Assembly (NCBI GenBank): GCA_028826165.1
Contig: JAPDFW010000074.1
Span: 124,001 to 188,000 of the forward strand
Direction of reading: 5' to 3'
Origin: Anaeramoeba ignava BMAN
Lineage: Eukaryota > Protista > Anaeramoebae
Length of the DNA: 64,000 bases
Part shown: piece by piece, positions 12,344 to 24,339 of the stretch
Numbering within the stretch: position 1 is the stretch's first letter
Layout: the number at the start of each line of letters is the position of its first letter
Program-made: the position numbers and the translations under genes
The notes under the pieces: generated by a model
Seen by the model: the letters and a program-made list of their open reading frames with translations, nothing else
What the model was told of the DNA's origin: nothing
The model's database searches: none

Positions 12344-15300
12344 ATGAATAATAAAAAAGACGCCAAATTAATTTCAAACGAAAAAGTAATAATTGTTGGG
12401 AGTATATCAATAGGAGTTATAGGATATTTTGTAACACGTTATTTAAATAGCAAAAAAAATTTACAAAAATATGAAGAAATTATTGAATGTTTAAATCCAA
12501 AAGAAAATAATTCAAATGACATCACTACAACAGATTTAATCACAAAAAGAATTAAAAACTTACAAATTTTCAATCAATTATTACTTGAAGGTGAGTTCAA
12601 AAAAGATATAAAAATAATCTAAAAAAACAATAACTTTTATTAACAAAAAAAAATCGAAAAAAATGAAAAATACTTGAAAAAACATTCGATAAATAATATA
12701 TGAATATAATTTATATGCGCAGATAATAACCCTCCTTTATTAGAAAGTCTTATGGAAGGAACTTTTTTTTCAAAATTAATTCCCAACTTGTTTCTTATGA
12801 ATTTCGAACTTGAAATTGAGGTTTTAGACACTTTATTATTTTCTACAAAAGATGGTGAATAATGAAATGAATAATGAAATAAATAATGAAATAAATAATG
12901 AATAAATAATGAAATAAATAATGAAATAAATAATGAAATAAATAATGAAATAAATAATGAAATAAATAATGAAATAAATAATGAAATAAATAAATAAATA
13001 AATAATTAAATAAATAATGAAATAAATAATGAAATAAATAATGAAATAAATAATTAAATAATTAAATAAACAATGAATAAAAATAAATAATAAAAACAAA
13101 TAAACAATGAAATAAATAATAAAATAAATAAAAATGAATAATGAAATAAATAATGAAATAAATAATGAAATAAATAATAAAAATAAATAAAAATAAATAA
13201 TGAAACAAATAAACAAATAATGAAACAAATAATGAAAAAATAAATTTTCAATCAATAAAATAAACTTGAAATAAAATAATGAAGTAAAATAATGAAAAAA
13301 ATATGAAAAAATAATCTAATGAAATAAATAATTTAATTAACAAAAATGAAATAAAAAAAAAAAATAAAATAATGAAAAAAATTGAAATAAATAATATAAA
13401 TAAATAATTTAAATAAATAATGAAAATAAATAACCCTAAATAATGAAGAAAGTAATTATGGAAGGAACTTTTGAAAAATTAATTCCCAAAACAAATAATG
13501 AATTAATGAAATAAATAATAAAATGAAATAATGAAAGGTTTAATGAAACTTTATTGAAATTTAATGAACAAAATAATGAAATAAATAAATAATAAAAAAA
13601 TAAAATAAATAATGAAATAAATAATTAAATAAATAATGAAATAAATAATTAAATAAATAAAAATAAATAAATAATGAAATAAATAATGAAATAAATAATG
13701 AAATAAATAATGAAATAAATAATGAAATAAATAATGAAATAAATAATGAAATAAATAATGAAATAAATAATGAAATAAATAATGAAATAAATAATGAAAT
13801 AAATAATGAAATAAATAATGAAATAAAAATGAATAATTAAAAATGAAATAAAAATAAATAAATAAATAAATAATGAAATAAATAATGAAATAAATAATGA
13901 AATAAATAATGAAATAAATAATGAAATAAATAATGAAATGAATAATTAAATAAATAATGAAATAAATAATGAAATAAATAATTAAATAAATAATGAAATA
14001 AATTGAAATGAATTAAAAATATAAAAAATAAAATCATGTTATAGAAATTAATTGTCGAGCAATTATTCGTGAGGACGGGATTAAATTTCTTTTAGAATAT
14101 ATGAATTATCGTTTGAATTATGAAAATCAAGAAAACTTGGATAAAAAAAACTATTCAATCAGCAATTCAACAATTCAATTAATCACAAAAGCCTGCAAAA
14201 CAATATCAAGAATTATTCAGAAATTGAAAGGCTTAGTTTTATCAGAAATTTTAACAACAAAATCAACTTCAATATTTGTAGATTTACTTAAAATTCCAAA
14301 CGAAAAATTACAACGATTTTCAGCAGAATGTTTGACTTGGATATCAGAAGGTTATTCTGAAATCATATATGATTTATATCGATTGATTGATTCAAATGAC
14401 TTGATTGCATTGTTAAATTCAAATGATGTCAAAAAACTAATTGCAGTTTCTTCTTTAATTCTTGATTGTCTTACTCTTAATCAATTTTTTCTGAGTGAAA
14501 TGTTCCAAAAAGGAATTCTTCGCAGTCTTGCGGAAATCATTCAAAAACACGATGATAAAGAGCTACTTTGTAATTGTATTTTGGCAACTTCTCGATTATT
14601 TACTTTGAAATTTTGCACTCCCAAAATGATTGAAAAAAACAATTTAATTCCAAATGTTATTAAAATTTGTTTTATTAATCAAAATGATGATAAATTAAAC
14701 TATGCAGGTTGTTTTTTTGTAAACTTACTTATGGATAATACAGAAGAGCATAAAAAATTCGCTTTAAAATATCATATTTTACCTTATTTAATTGAGCTTT
14801 TTAATTCTCCTTGTATTAGAGTTGTTAAACAATCTTTGGAAGCTTTGAAAAATTCAAGCATTTCTTCTGCTGAAAATATTCAAGAATTAATTAATCTTAA
14901 TATTCTTGATTATCTTTTTCCTTTAGCTTGGAGATTTTCGCGAAACGAATCTATTAAGCATAATATTGCTATTATTATTGGTAATTGTGCATATTTAGGT
15001 ATGAAAATTTATTAGAAAATTTATTAGAAAATTTATTAGAAAATTTATTAGAAAATTTATTAGAAAATTTATTAGAAAATTTATTAGAAAATTTATTAGA
15101 AAATTTAAATCAATATTTAAATCAATATTTAAAATCAATATTTAAAATCAATATTTAAAATCAATATTTAAAATCAATATTTAAATCAATATTTAAATCA
15201 ATATTTAAATCAATATTTAAAATCAATATTTAAATCAATATTTAAAATCAATATTTAAAATCAATATTTAAAATCAATATTTAAATCAATATTTAAATCA

Positions 15301-17207
15301 ATATTTAAAATCAATATTTAAAATCAATATTTAAAATCAATATTTAAAATCAATATTTAAAATCAATATTTAAAATCAATATTTAAAATCAATTTTAAAA
15401 TCAATATTTAAAATCAATATTTAAAATTAATATTTAAATCAATATTTAAATCAATATTTAAAAATCAATATTTAAAATCAATATTTAAAATCAATATTTA
15501 AAATCAATATTTAAAATCAATATTTAATTTTAAAATCAATATTTAAATTTTAAAGAACTTATTTAAAATCAATATTTTATTAATTGAAATATTTAATTCA
15601 AAATTTAAAAAAGTTTAAATCAAATTTAAATCAATATTTAAAATCAATGCGAAAAAAATCAATATTTAAAATCAATATTTAAAATCAATATTTAAATCAA
15701 TATTTCAAATCAATGAATTTAAATCAAAATGAATTTAATTTAAAATCAATATTTATTTAAAATGAATTTAATTTGAAAATGAATTTAATTTTAAAAATGA
15801 ATTTAATTTAAAAATGAATTTAATTTAAAAATAATAGATTTAATTTGAAACTTGTTTAATTTAAAAATGAATTTAATTTAAAATGAATTTAATTTGAAAA
15901 TGAATTTAATTTAAAATGGAAAATTAATTTGAAAATGAATTTAATTTGGAAATTGGATTTAATTTGGAAATGGATTTAATTTGAAAATGGATTTAATTTG
16001 AAAATGGATTTAATTTGAAAATGAATTTAATTTGAAAATGAATTTAATTTGGAAATGAATTTAATTTGAAAATGAATTTAATTTAAAAATGAATTTAATT
16101 TGAAAATGAATTTAATTTGAAAATGAATTTAATTTGAAAATGAATTTAATTTGGAAATGAATTTAATTTGAAAATGAATTTAATTTGAAAATGAATTTAA
16201 TTTGAAAATGAATTTAATTTGAAAATGAATTTAATTTGAAAATGAATTTAATTTGAAAATGAATTTAATTTGAAAATGAATTTAATTTGAAAATGAATTT
16301 AATTTGAAAATGAATTTAATTTGAAAATGGATTTAATTTGAAAATGAATTTAATTTAAAAATGAATTTAATTTGAGAAATGAATTTAATTTGAAAATGGA
16401 TTTAATTTGAAAATGAATTTAATTTGAAAATGAATTTAATTTGAAAATGAATTTAATTTAAAAATGAATTTAATTTGGAAATGGATTTAATTTGAAAATG
16501 GATTTAATTTGAAAATGAATTTAATTAGAAAATGAATTTAATTTGAAAAATGAATTTAATTTGAAAATGGATTTAATTTAAAAATGAATTTAATTTGAAA
16601 ATGAATTTAATTTGAAAATGAATTTAATTTGAAAATGAAATTAATTTAAAAATGAAATTATATTAAAATTATATTAAAATTATATTAAAATTATTTTTCA
16701 AATTTTAGCATTAAATCAAGAGGAAATTAGAAATTCAGGTGCTCTAAAGAAAATTATCCAAATTTTAGATTCAAATCAATATTATTCAATTATAAGCTCA
16801 CTTTTCGCATTAAAAAAATTTTCAGAACCAATAGAAGGGATAAATAGTGAAATTTGGAGTAAATAAATTAAACATTTTTTTTATAAAATTTACAACTTTT
16901 AATCAATTATCATTTTTTAAAAAAAAAAAAAGGAAAAAATGTTGAATTTTTAGTACAAAATGGATGTATTGAACGTTTAATAAGAATTGCAACTTTAAGA
17001 GATGAAAATTTAACAAAACTCGCAAATGATTGTTTGGTTCAATTAGAAAATCATTGTTAGTCAAATATTTTATATTTTTATTAAAATTCCAAATTAAAAT
17101 TTCAAATTAATTTAATTTATTTTTTAGCAAGTGTTAAATCGATTATCCAAAAATTTAATGCAGAAATTTCTCGTTTACAAGAACAATCAACACAAAAATC
17201 AAATTAA
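12344..17207 (+). CDS. Armadillo-repeat (importin-alpha/Vac8-like) protein with N-terminal transmembrane anchor; exons 12344-12590, 12723-12854, 14045-14998, 16709-16858, 16933-17055, 17128-17207
   Basis: Five phase-1 GT-AG introns give a continuous ORF. It has a hydrophobic VIIVGSISIGVIGYFVTRYL segment, an importin-alpha-like LLLEDNNPPLLESLMEG, and repeated ARM signatures (ILPYLIELF, IIGNCAYL, NSGALKKIIQIL, NGCIERLIRI). Confidence 0.8.
12858..14010. repeat. Intronic 12-bp satellite AATGAAATAAAT
   Basis: Tandem units in intron 12855-14044, interrupted at ~13240-13560. Confidence 0.88.
15003..16690. repeat. Compound intronic satellite: GAAAATTTATTA (12), AAATCAATATTT(A) (12-13), AATTTGAAAATGAATTT (17)
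   Basis: Three successive arrays inside intron 14999-16708. Confidence 0.88.
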
Positions 17208-17589
17208 TTCTCTCTCTTTTTTTTGAAAACAATTCAAATTGACTTTAAAAAAAAATCAATTTGTTTGAAATTTTTTCATTTTCAAATTTTCATTCCAATT
17301 TCTGTTTTATTTTTTGTTTTTTTTTTCAAATTTTAAAATTAAAAATAAAACAAATTCTTCAATAAAAAAGAATTCAAAAAAAGAAACAGAAAGAAAAACA
17401 GAAAAATAATTTTTTAAAAGGAAAAAAAAAATTTTTTTTTTAATTGAAAATTGTTTTTAAAAAAGCAAAAAAATTTTTGTTTTCCTTAATGAAAAGAAAA
17501 AGTGGATCAAAAAAAGAAAGAAAGAAAAAAAGACAAAAAAAAAGAAAAAAGAAGAAAAAAAAGAAGAAGAAGAAATTAAGAAGAAGGAA

Positions 17590-20154
17590 TTAGTTTTGAT
17601 TTGATTTAAGGAAAGGATCAAAATGAGTTCGATAAAGGAAAATTTCAGATTGTTTAAAGTATTTTTTATCTTCTTCATCAAATAAAGTTAATTTAAGATA
17701 ATAACGGACGCTAAATTTGTTATTAATCTTCTTATATGTTGGAGTGAGGTCTAAACTTTCTAAAAAGAATCTAATTGGAATACTTTCACCTTTAACTGGA
17801 GTTCCATCCATAATTTCAAATCGAGATACAATTTCATTGTGATAATCAATTTCTTCTCCTTTTCCAATAATTTCTCTTCGAATAACTGAAACTTCCATAA
17901 ATTTTAGTTTAATTCGAGAAAGTAAATAAAAAACTTTGCCAATAACAACATCTTCAAGATGGAATCTTTAAATTTAATTTTTATTTTGAATTTAATTTAA
18001 TTTTTAATTTTGAATTTTGAATTTAATTTTTAATTTTGATTTGAATTTAATTTTGAATTCAATTTTAATTTTTGATTTTGAATTTAATTTTTATTTTGAT
18101 TTGATTTTGAATTTAATTTTTATTTTGATTTGAATTTAATTTTGAATTTAATTTTGAATTCAATTTTAATTTTAATTTAATTTTGAATTTAATTTTGAAT
18201 TTAATTTGAATTTAATTTTGAATTTAATTTTGAATTTAATTTTGAATTTAATTTTAAATTTAATTTAATTGAATTTAATTTAATTGAATTTTTTACTTGG
18301 ATTTTCTATATTCAAATTGAATATGAATACAATCTTGAATTCCAACTTCCATTGTAATTGGATTTCCTTGATCTGGCATTGATTTTTTATTCATCACAAA
18401 AATATCAACTTCTTTTTAATGTTTGAAACGAAATCCTCGAATTTCTTTTATTTAATTCTAACAAAATAATTTTTAAAATTTAATTTTTAATTTAAAATTA
18501 AAATTAAAATTAATTTTAAAATTAAAAATTTAAAAGAAAATAAACCTTAAATTCCAATTTTTCCATAATAAGATTCATATTGATTTCTCAACATTTTTAA
18601 ATTCAAAAATCCCAAACTTTTGATTTCTTTTTAATGTTTGAACGAAATCCTCGTTCTATTATAAGTCTAACAAAATATCTATTAAAATTTAAAAATTAAA
18701 TATAAAATTAAAATTAAAATTAAAATTAAAATTAAAATTAAAATTTTAAAAGAAAATAAACCTTAAATAAATTTTTATAAATAAATTGTTTATAAATAAC
18801 ATTTGGAAATTCAAAATCCCAAACTTTTGATTTGTTTATAAATAAATTGTTTATAAATAAATTCTTTTAAAATAAATTCATAATTAAATACCTTGTTTAT
18901 AAATAAATATTTATAATTAAATTATTTATAAATAAATTGTTTATAAATAAATTGTTTATAATTAAATTGTTTATAAATAAATTGTTAATAAATAAATTGT
19001 TTATAATTGTTTATAAATAAATTGTTAATAAATAAATTGTTAATAAATAAATTGTTTATAAATAAATTGTTTATAAATGTTTATAAATAATTGTTTATAA
19101 ATAAATGTTTATAATTAAATTGTTAATAAATAAATGTTTATAAATAAATTGTTTATAAATAAATTGTTTATAAATAAATTGTTAATAAATAAATTGTTTA
19201 TAAATAAATTGTTAATAAATAAATTGTTTATAAATAAAATGTTTATAAATAAATTGTTAATAAATAAATGTTGATAAATAAATTGTTAATAAATAAATTG
19301 TTAATAAAATAAAAAATTGTTAATAAATAAATTAATAAATAAAATTGGAATTAAAATTGAAATTATAAATAAAATTATTTATAAATAAATTGTTTATAAA
19401 TAAATTATTATAAATAAATTGATTATAAATAAATGTTTATAAATAAATTGTTTATAATTGTTTATAAATAAATTGTTAATAAATAATTGTTAATAAATAA
19501 ATTGTTAATAATTAAAATGTTTATAAATAAATTGTTAATAAATAAATTGTTAATAAATAAATTGTTAATAAATAAATTGTTTATAAATAAATTGTTAATA
19601 AATAAATTGTTAATAAATAAATTGTTTATAAATAAATGTTTATAAATAAATTGTTAATAAATAAAATGTTTATAATTGTTTATAAATAAATTGTTTATAA
19701 ATAAATGTTTATAAATAAATTGTTTATAATTGTTTATAATTAAATTGTTAATAAATAAATTGTTAATAAATAAATTGTTAATAAATAAATTGTTTATAAT
19801 TGTTTATAAATAAATATTTATAAATGTTTATAAATAAATTGTTTATAATTAAAAAAGAATTCCCATTTCCATTTCAAAATTTTAATTTGAAATTCAACTC
19901 CAAATCCTTTTATAAATTTAAATTGAAAAATTTTTACCAATTTGACCAATAAATTCAACTTTGATTTGTTCAAATTCAAGTTTTTTGCCTTCTTTTACTT
20001 GAATTTTAATTTTTCCTCCAACTGAATCACCAGAAGTAAAAACAAGAAGTTGATGTTTTTGCTCTTTAATTGTTTGTGTTATTTTCTTTCTTACTCGTTC
20101 ATCTGTAAATGCAACATAAACTTCACAAACTGGTTTTGAACCAAAAAAACTCAT
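17590..20154 (-). CDS. VPS26: Retromer subunit VPS26; middle exons scrambled in this assembly
   Basis: Exon 20154-19938 reads GKKLEFEQIKVEFIGQI. Fragments KNVEK/QYESYYG and YFVRL...PITMEVGIQDCIHIQFEYRKSK lie at ~18300-18680. The last exon 17965-17590 reads FHLEDVVIGKV...FEIMDGTPVKGESIPIRFFL...FSVRYYL...YFKQSEIFLYR. Confidence 0.92.
18900..19850. repeat. Intronic ~15-bp satellite (TTGTTTATAAATAAA)
   Basis: Tandem units in VPS26 intron 1. Confidence 0.85.
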
Positions 20155-20552
20155 TATTTTTATTAATAAAATAAAAATTTAATTTAATTTTTGTTTTAAT
20201 TTGTTTTTGTTTTTTTAAATTGAGAAAACAATTTAAAAAATGAAAAGAAGAAAAGTAAAAAAATAAAAAAATGAATTTTTAAATTAAAAAAATTTTTTTT
20301 TTCTTTTTCCTTTTTCCTTTTTTTTTTTTTTTTAAACTTTTTAATTTTTGTTGTTGTTTTTGTTTAAAAATTCAAAATAAAAATCAAAGAAATTGTTTCC
20401 AAAAAAAAAAATCAAAAAGAAATCTTCTTTTTGTTTGATTGTTTTAAAAAAAAATAATTCCATTTTTGTTTTTGTTTTGTTTTTGATGAATGAACTTCTT
20501 TTCTTATTGAAAAATTTTTTTCTTCGCTTTCTTTTTTGTTTCTTATTTTAAA

Positions 20553-22848
20553 TTACATTAATTTTTTGCCAATCAAAATGAAAAAATAAAGAAACAAAAA
20601 GAAAAAAATGAGTAATTTAACAATCCAAACTGGCCATTGAGACAAACGACGCTTTTGAAAGAAACCCCTCTTAATCTTACGATAAGAAACACTAAGATGC
20701 TCAAATTGTTTTGATACAGGGATAAGTTTTTTTGTAAAGCGAAAACGCTTTCCAATTTCAATTTGGGAAATTTTGACAGGTGCAGTTCCCGAAGAAGTAG
20801 CAAGAGAAATAGCCTCATCAAAAGAATCTGAGGTGAAATCATCAAAGCCAACATTTGATTCGAGCATGCTTTTTTTAGAGATTGGGGCTTTTGCTTTCAT
20901 CAATTGGGATTTTTGATTAAGTTTAGCGTGACGTATTCTATTTGATCTTGATGAAATATTATTGTTAAATGAACTTTCAATTGTATTTTCAATTGAAGAA
21001 GTTAAAAATGATAATTCAGAATCTGAATTTTCCTTCATCGATCCAGTGAATTCTGAGTATTGGAAGTTGCTCGGAAGATTTAAAGAAACAAAAAGTTGAT
21101 TTATTGGAATGTCAAATAACGGAAATGAGAACTTTAACGATCCACAACATTTCATAACGGTTGCCGGCAAAAAATAAAAAATTTCAACGGAAAAAGAACT
21201 ATGATTTGGGTTGTTTTTCTCAAGCGGAATCATGATATATCCGCTGTCATCTTGTGAGGGTTTTACTGGATGATCCGCAACTACTGTCGACCATAAAGAA
21301 AATTGTTTGTTCGGGATTTCCATTCGAAGAAACTGTTTCTGAGTGTTTCGCACATATAATTTGCAATGGTACACAATTGAACTCTCTGAATGCGTGACTG
21401 AAACATGAAGTTGGTCAATCACAGCAACAAGTACATCTGTTTCGTCGTGGTGGATCACATTGAGAATCAGATGAAAAATCGGAACAAGAAATTTATAAGC
21501 AAAAAGTGGTGATTCGTTTAAAAGTTTGTCTTGAATTGTTGGCGGTAATTCCGCAACTGCAAGCTTCGCGAGAGAACTTATTGAGACTTCTGAAATTTCT
21601 AAGTTGGATTTGCTCAGAATTCCGATCCATCCTTTGTCATGATCCACATGTTGATTGCGAAATACTGGCAGCGATACATCGGATTTTTCAGAGAGATCAA
21701 CAGGAAGCTCGGTGATTATGTTCAGATAGAATTCACCTTCGATACCTGAATCGACCCAAACGCGAACAATTTTGTTCGGCAATTCGGGAAAATTTTTTTT
21801 TCTTTTATCTTTTTCATTTTCTTTATCTTTTTCATTTTCTTTATCTTTTTCATTTTTCTTTTTCATTTTCTTTATCTTTTTCATTTTCATCAAGATCCAA
21901 ATTATCTTTTTCATCAAGATCCAAATTTTTGTCTTTGTTCTCTTTTTGAATTGTTTGCTTTGTCTGAGAAATTTCTCGCCATTTTTTTAACTTATCGCAA
22001 GTGACAGAAAGAACATGAACGTTTCCAGGAACAAGAACATCAAAGCGCGATTTTGTTCCGTGAAGAATTGTGAATTTGACCATAAGATCCGAGATGGCAA
22101 CACTTTCAGAAAGCGAATGAATCACATACTGTTCAGCATTTACGATTGTTTTTTTTTTTTCGACTTTCGGTTTTTTGATGTCAGTTTGTCCCGAATCTGT
22201 CAAAATCTTTTTAGGCTCTTCAACAAACTCTTCTTTCTTCTCTATCCACGAAATGCGCAGCGTGGTTACTGCGGGAATTGTGCAGTGGATCCGGGTTGTG
22301 TCTTCTTCGCGAGTCTGGACAAGATCAAGTGCGGATTGAACGTTAATTTGGATCGTTTCATTTGTTGTCACTTTGAAGTCAACGATATTTTTTCTAGCGC
22401 GCGGAATTTCTATGTTGATAATTTTTGCGCGCTCAGTGTAATATGCTGTCAAAATTTTCAGTTCTACTTTATAAGTGCCTTTACTTCTTGTCAGGAACAT
22501 GCATCCTTGTTCTGTCGCTGATATCCAGCTTTCGCCTCCGTCTAGTGATGTGATGCTGCTTTCTAGAACTAGAATTTTTTGTGGCAATAATTTCGTTATT
22601 GTCCACTGGTTTTCTAAAAGGGTTTCAATCTCAAAAGTGCAAGTTAATTTGGCTCGTTTTTTTTCAGACTCTCCTTCATAATGCGCCTCTTTGATAATAG
22701 CACTTCCGTGTGGATTTGTGTGCTGAATTAATGATAAGATGTCAAAAAAATCTTTGTTTTGCATTGTAAATTGAGTATTTGGCGAAGAAAGTAAGGAAAT
22801 TATGTTATTTGGAATGAAAACAGTTTGTTTTTGTTTTTCAACATCCAT
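20553..22848 (-). CDS. Intronless ~765-aa beta-strand-rich protein resembling an uncharacterised bacterial family, with a C-terminal transmembrane tail; split by a 1-nt frameshift near 21855
   Basis: ORFs 22848-21850 and 21917-20553 overlap in an ENEKDK repeat, where removing one A joins them. Motifs include DKGWIGI, AELPP, PLFAYKF, VLVAVID, VRNTQKQFLR, LWSTVVADHPVKP, IMIPL, FPLFDIPINQL and GTAPVKI. The terminus is WIVKLLIFFFLFLYFFILIGKKLM. Confidence 0.75.
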
Positions 22849-22971
22849 TTTTAATTAAAAGAAAAGAAAGAAAAAAATGAAAAAAAAAAATTAAAAAAAA
22901 ATAATTAAAAAGGAGAAAAACTAAAATAATTTCTCCTTTTGTTTTTTTTCTCCTTTTTAGTTGTTTTTTGT

Positions 22972-24198
22972 TTAAAGAAAAACATTCACAACTTTTTGAA
23001 TTTTTGCTCGACAAATTGGACAATTAGTCAAAGATTTAGCGCATTCTTCACAAACAGAAAGATGTGCACAAGGGATAAACATGCATTTTCTGAGATTCTC
23101 CATGCACACAACACAATGTGTGATTGATTCAAGCTCTTCAATTTTTTTTGAAGTAACCATTTCTTTTTGAGCATTTTGGATTTTCTTTTTGGGGGCAATA
23201 GCAAAAGAAGAAAAAGCAAAAATTTCATGTTCCACATTTTTCGTTTTTTTTTCCTCATTTGGATCTGCATTTCCAACGCAAAAGAAACAATCACGCGGGT
23301 CTTCTTCAAACGGATTTTGATGGAATAAATAAACAAAACCACCATTTTCGCAGATTTTCCACTCTTTTTTTGATTCAGAAACAAGAGTTTCATTTGGACG
23401 AACCCAGCAATAATAACGCGCGCCTTTGTCGTACATACTTTGTATTGTGATGTCCTGGAATCTGCCTTCGCGATAAAGACAACTAGTGAATTCATGATCC
23501 CATTTATGCGGTCCGTTAAAAAAAAGTCCTCTTCCAATTCCAATTGCATTTGCTCCAACAACGCGATCTGAACTGTCAAAATAAAGATATCCCCCAAAAC
23601 TCACAAAAACTACTTCTGGCGCTGTTAGATCAAGTTGCGCTTTTTGATCTTCCGTTAACTGACTAACCCCCGCTAATGGATATGCCCAAACAAAAGATGT
23701 CGCTTTAATTGGAATTTTCGCTATTATTTTTGATTTTTCATCAAGTGTGATCGGATGTTTTGGTGAAAATGTCCCGAAATTCCAAACGTTAAATTTGTGA
23801 AGAAGTCCTAGTTTTCCTAAAAAGGAAATTGAATAGATAAATGATTCCATTGATTCAATTTTCGGTCTTAAATTTGTTGGAATTATTCCAAATGGTCCAA
23901 GTGCATTTGGAAAGGTTTCTGTATCATCATCTTCATCATCTTCAACTTCATCTTCACTAATTACAACTATATCCATTTTTTTCTTCTCTTCAAAATGTAC
24001 TTTTTTTTCTTTTTCTTTCTCTTTTTCTTTCTCTGAAAATTTCTCTTCTAATTCTTCTTTTTCTTTTTCTGTTTCCAAAAGTGTTTGTGTTAATTCTTTG
24101 TTTTTTTCTTCTAATTCCGCTATTCTTGTTCGCAATTCTTTCATTTGTTTTTCTACTTCTTCTGGTTGTAAAGGAATAAAATAATTTTCTTGATCCAT
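22972..24198 (-). CDS. RING-finger (IAP/MGRN-type C3HC4) E3 ligase with N-terminal coiled coil and unrecognised central domain
   Basis: C-terminal CVVCMENLRKCMFIPCAHLSVCEECAKSLTNCPICRAKI. First ATG at 24198; intronless. Confidence 0.88.
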   Translation of the reverse strand: MDQENYFIPLQPEEVEKQMKELRTRIAELEEKNKELTQTLLETEKEKEELEEKFSEKEKEKEKEKKVHFEEKKKMDIVVISEDEVEDDEDDDTETFPNALGPFGIIPTNLRPKIESMESFIYSISFLGKLGLLHKFNVWNFGTFSPKHPITLDEKSKIIAKIPIKATSFVWAYPLAGVSQLTEDQKAQLDLTAPEVVFVSFGGYLYFDSSDRVVGANAIGIGRGLFFNGPHKWDHEFTSCLYREGRFQDITIQSMYDKGARYYCWVRPNETLVSESKKEWKICENGGFVYLFHQNPFEEDPRDCFFCVGNADPNEEKKTKNVEHEIFAFSSFAIAPKKKIQNAQKEMVTSKKIEELESITHCVVCMENLRKCMFIPCAHLSVCEECAKSLTNCPICRAKIQKVVNVFL

Positions 24199-24339
24199 TT
24201 TAATTAAAAACAAAAACAAAAAAAACCAAAATAAAAATGAAAAATGAAAAATTTTAATTAAAAAACAGAAAATTTTTTCTTTTTAGTTTTTTTTTTCCTT
24301 TTTTAAAAGTTCACTTTTTTAATTCATCATTCTCAAAAA

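Noticed and set aside
21506-23597. Antisense and alternate-frame ORFs over the two intronless genes (also over RPT6, RasGEF and LKB1)
   Set aside because: These are shadow ORFs of GC-richer coding sequence with no independent motifs.
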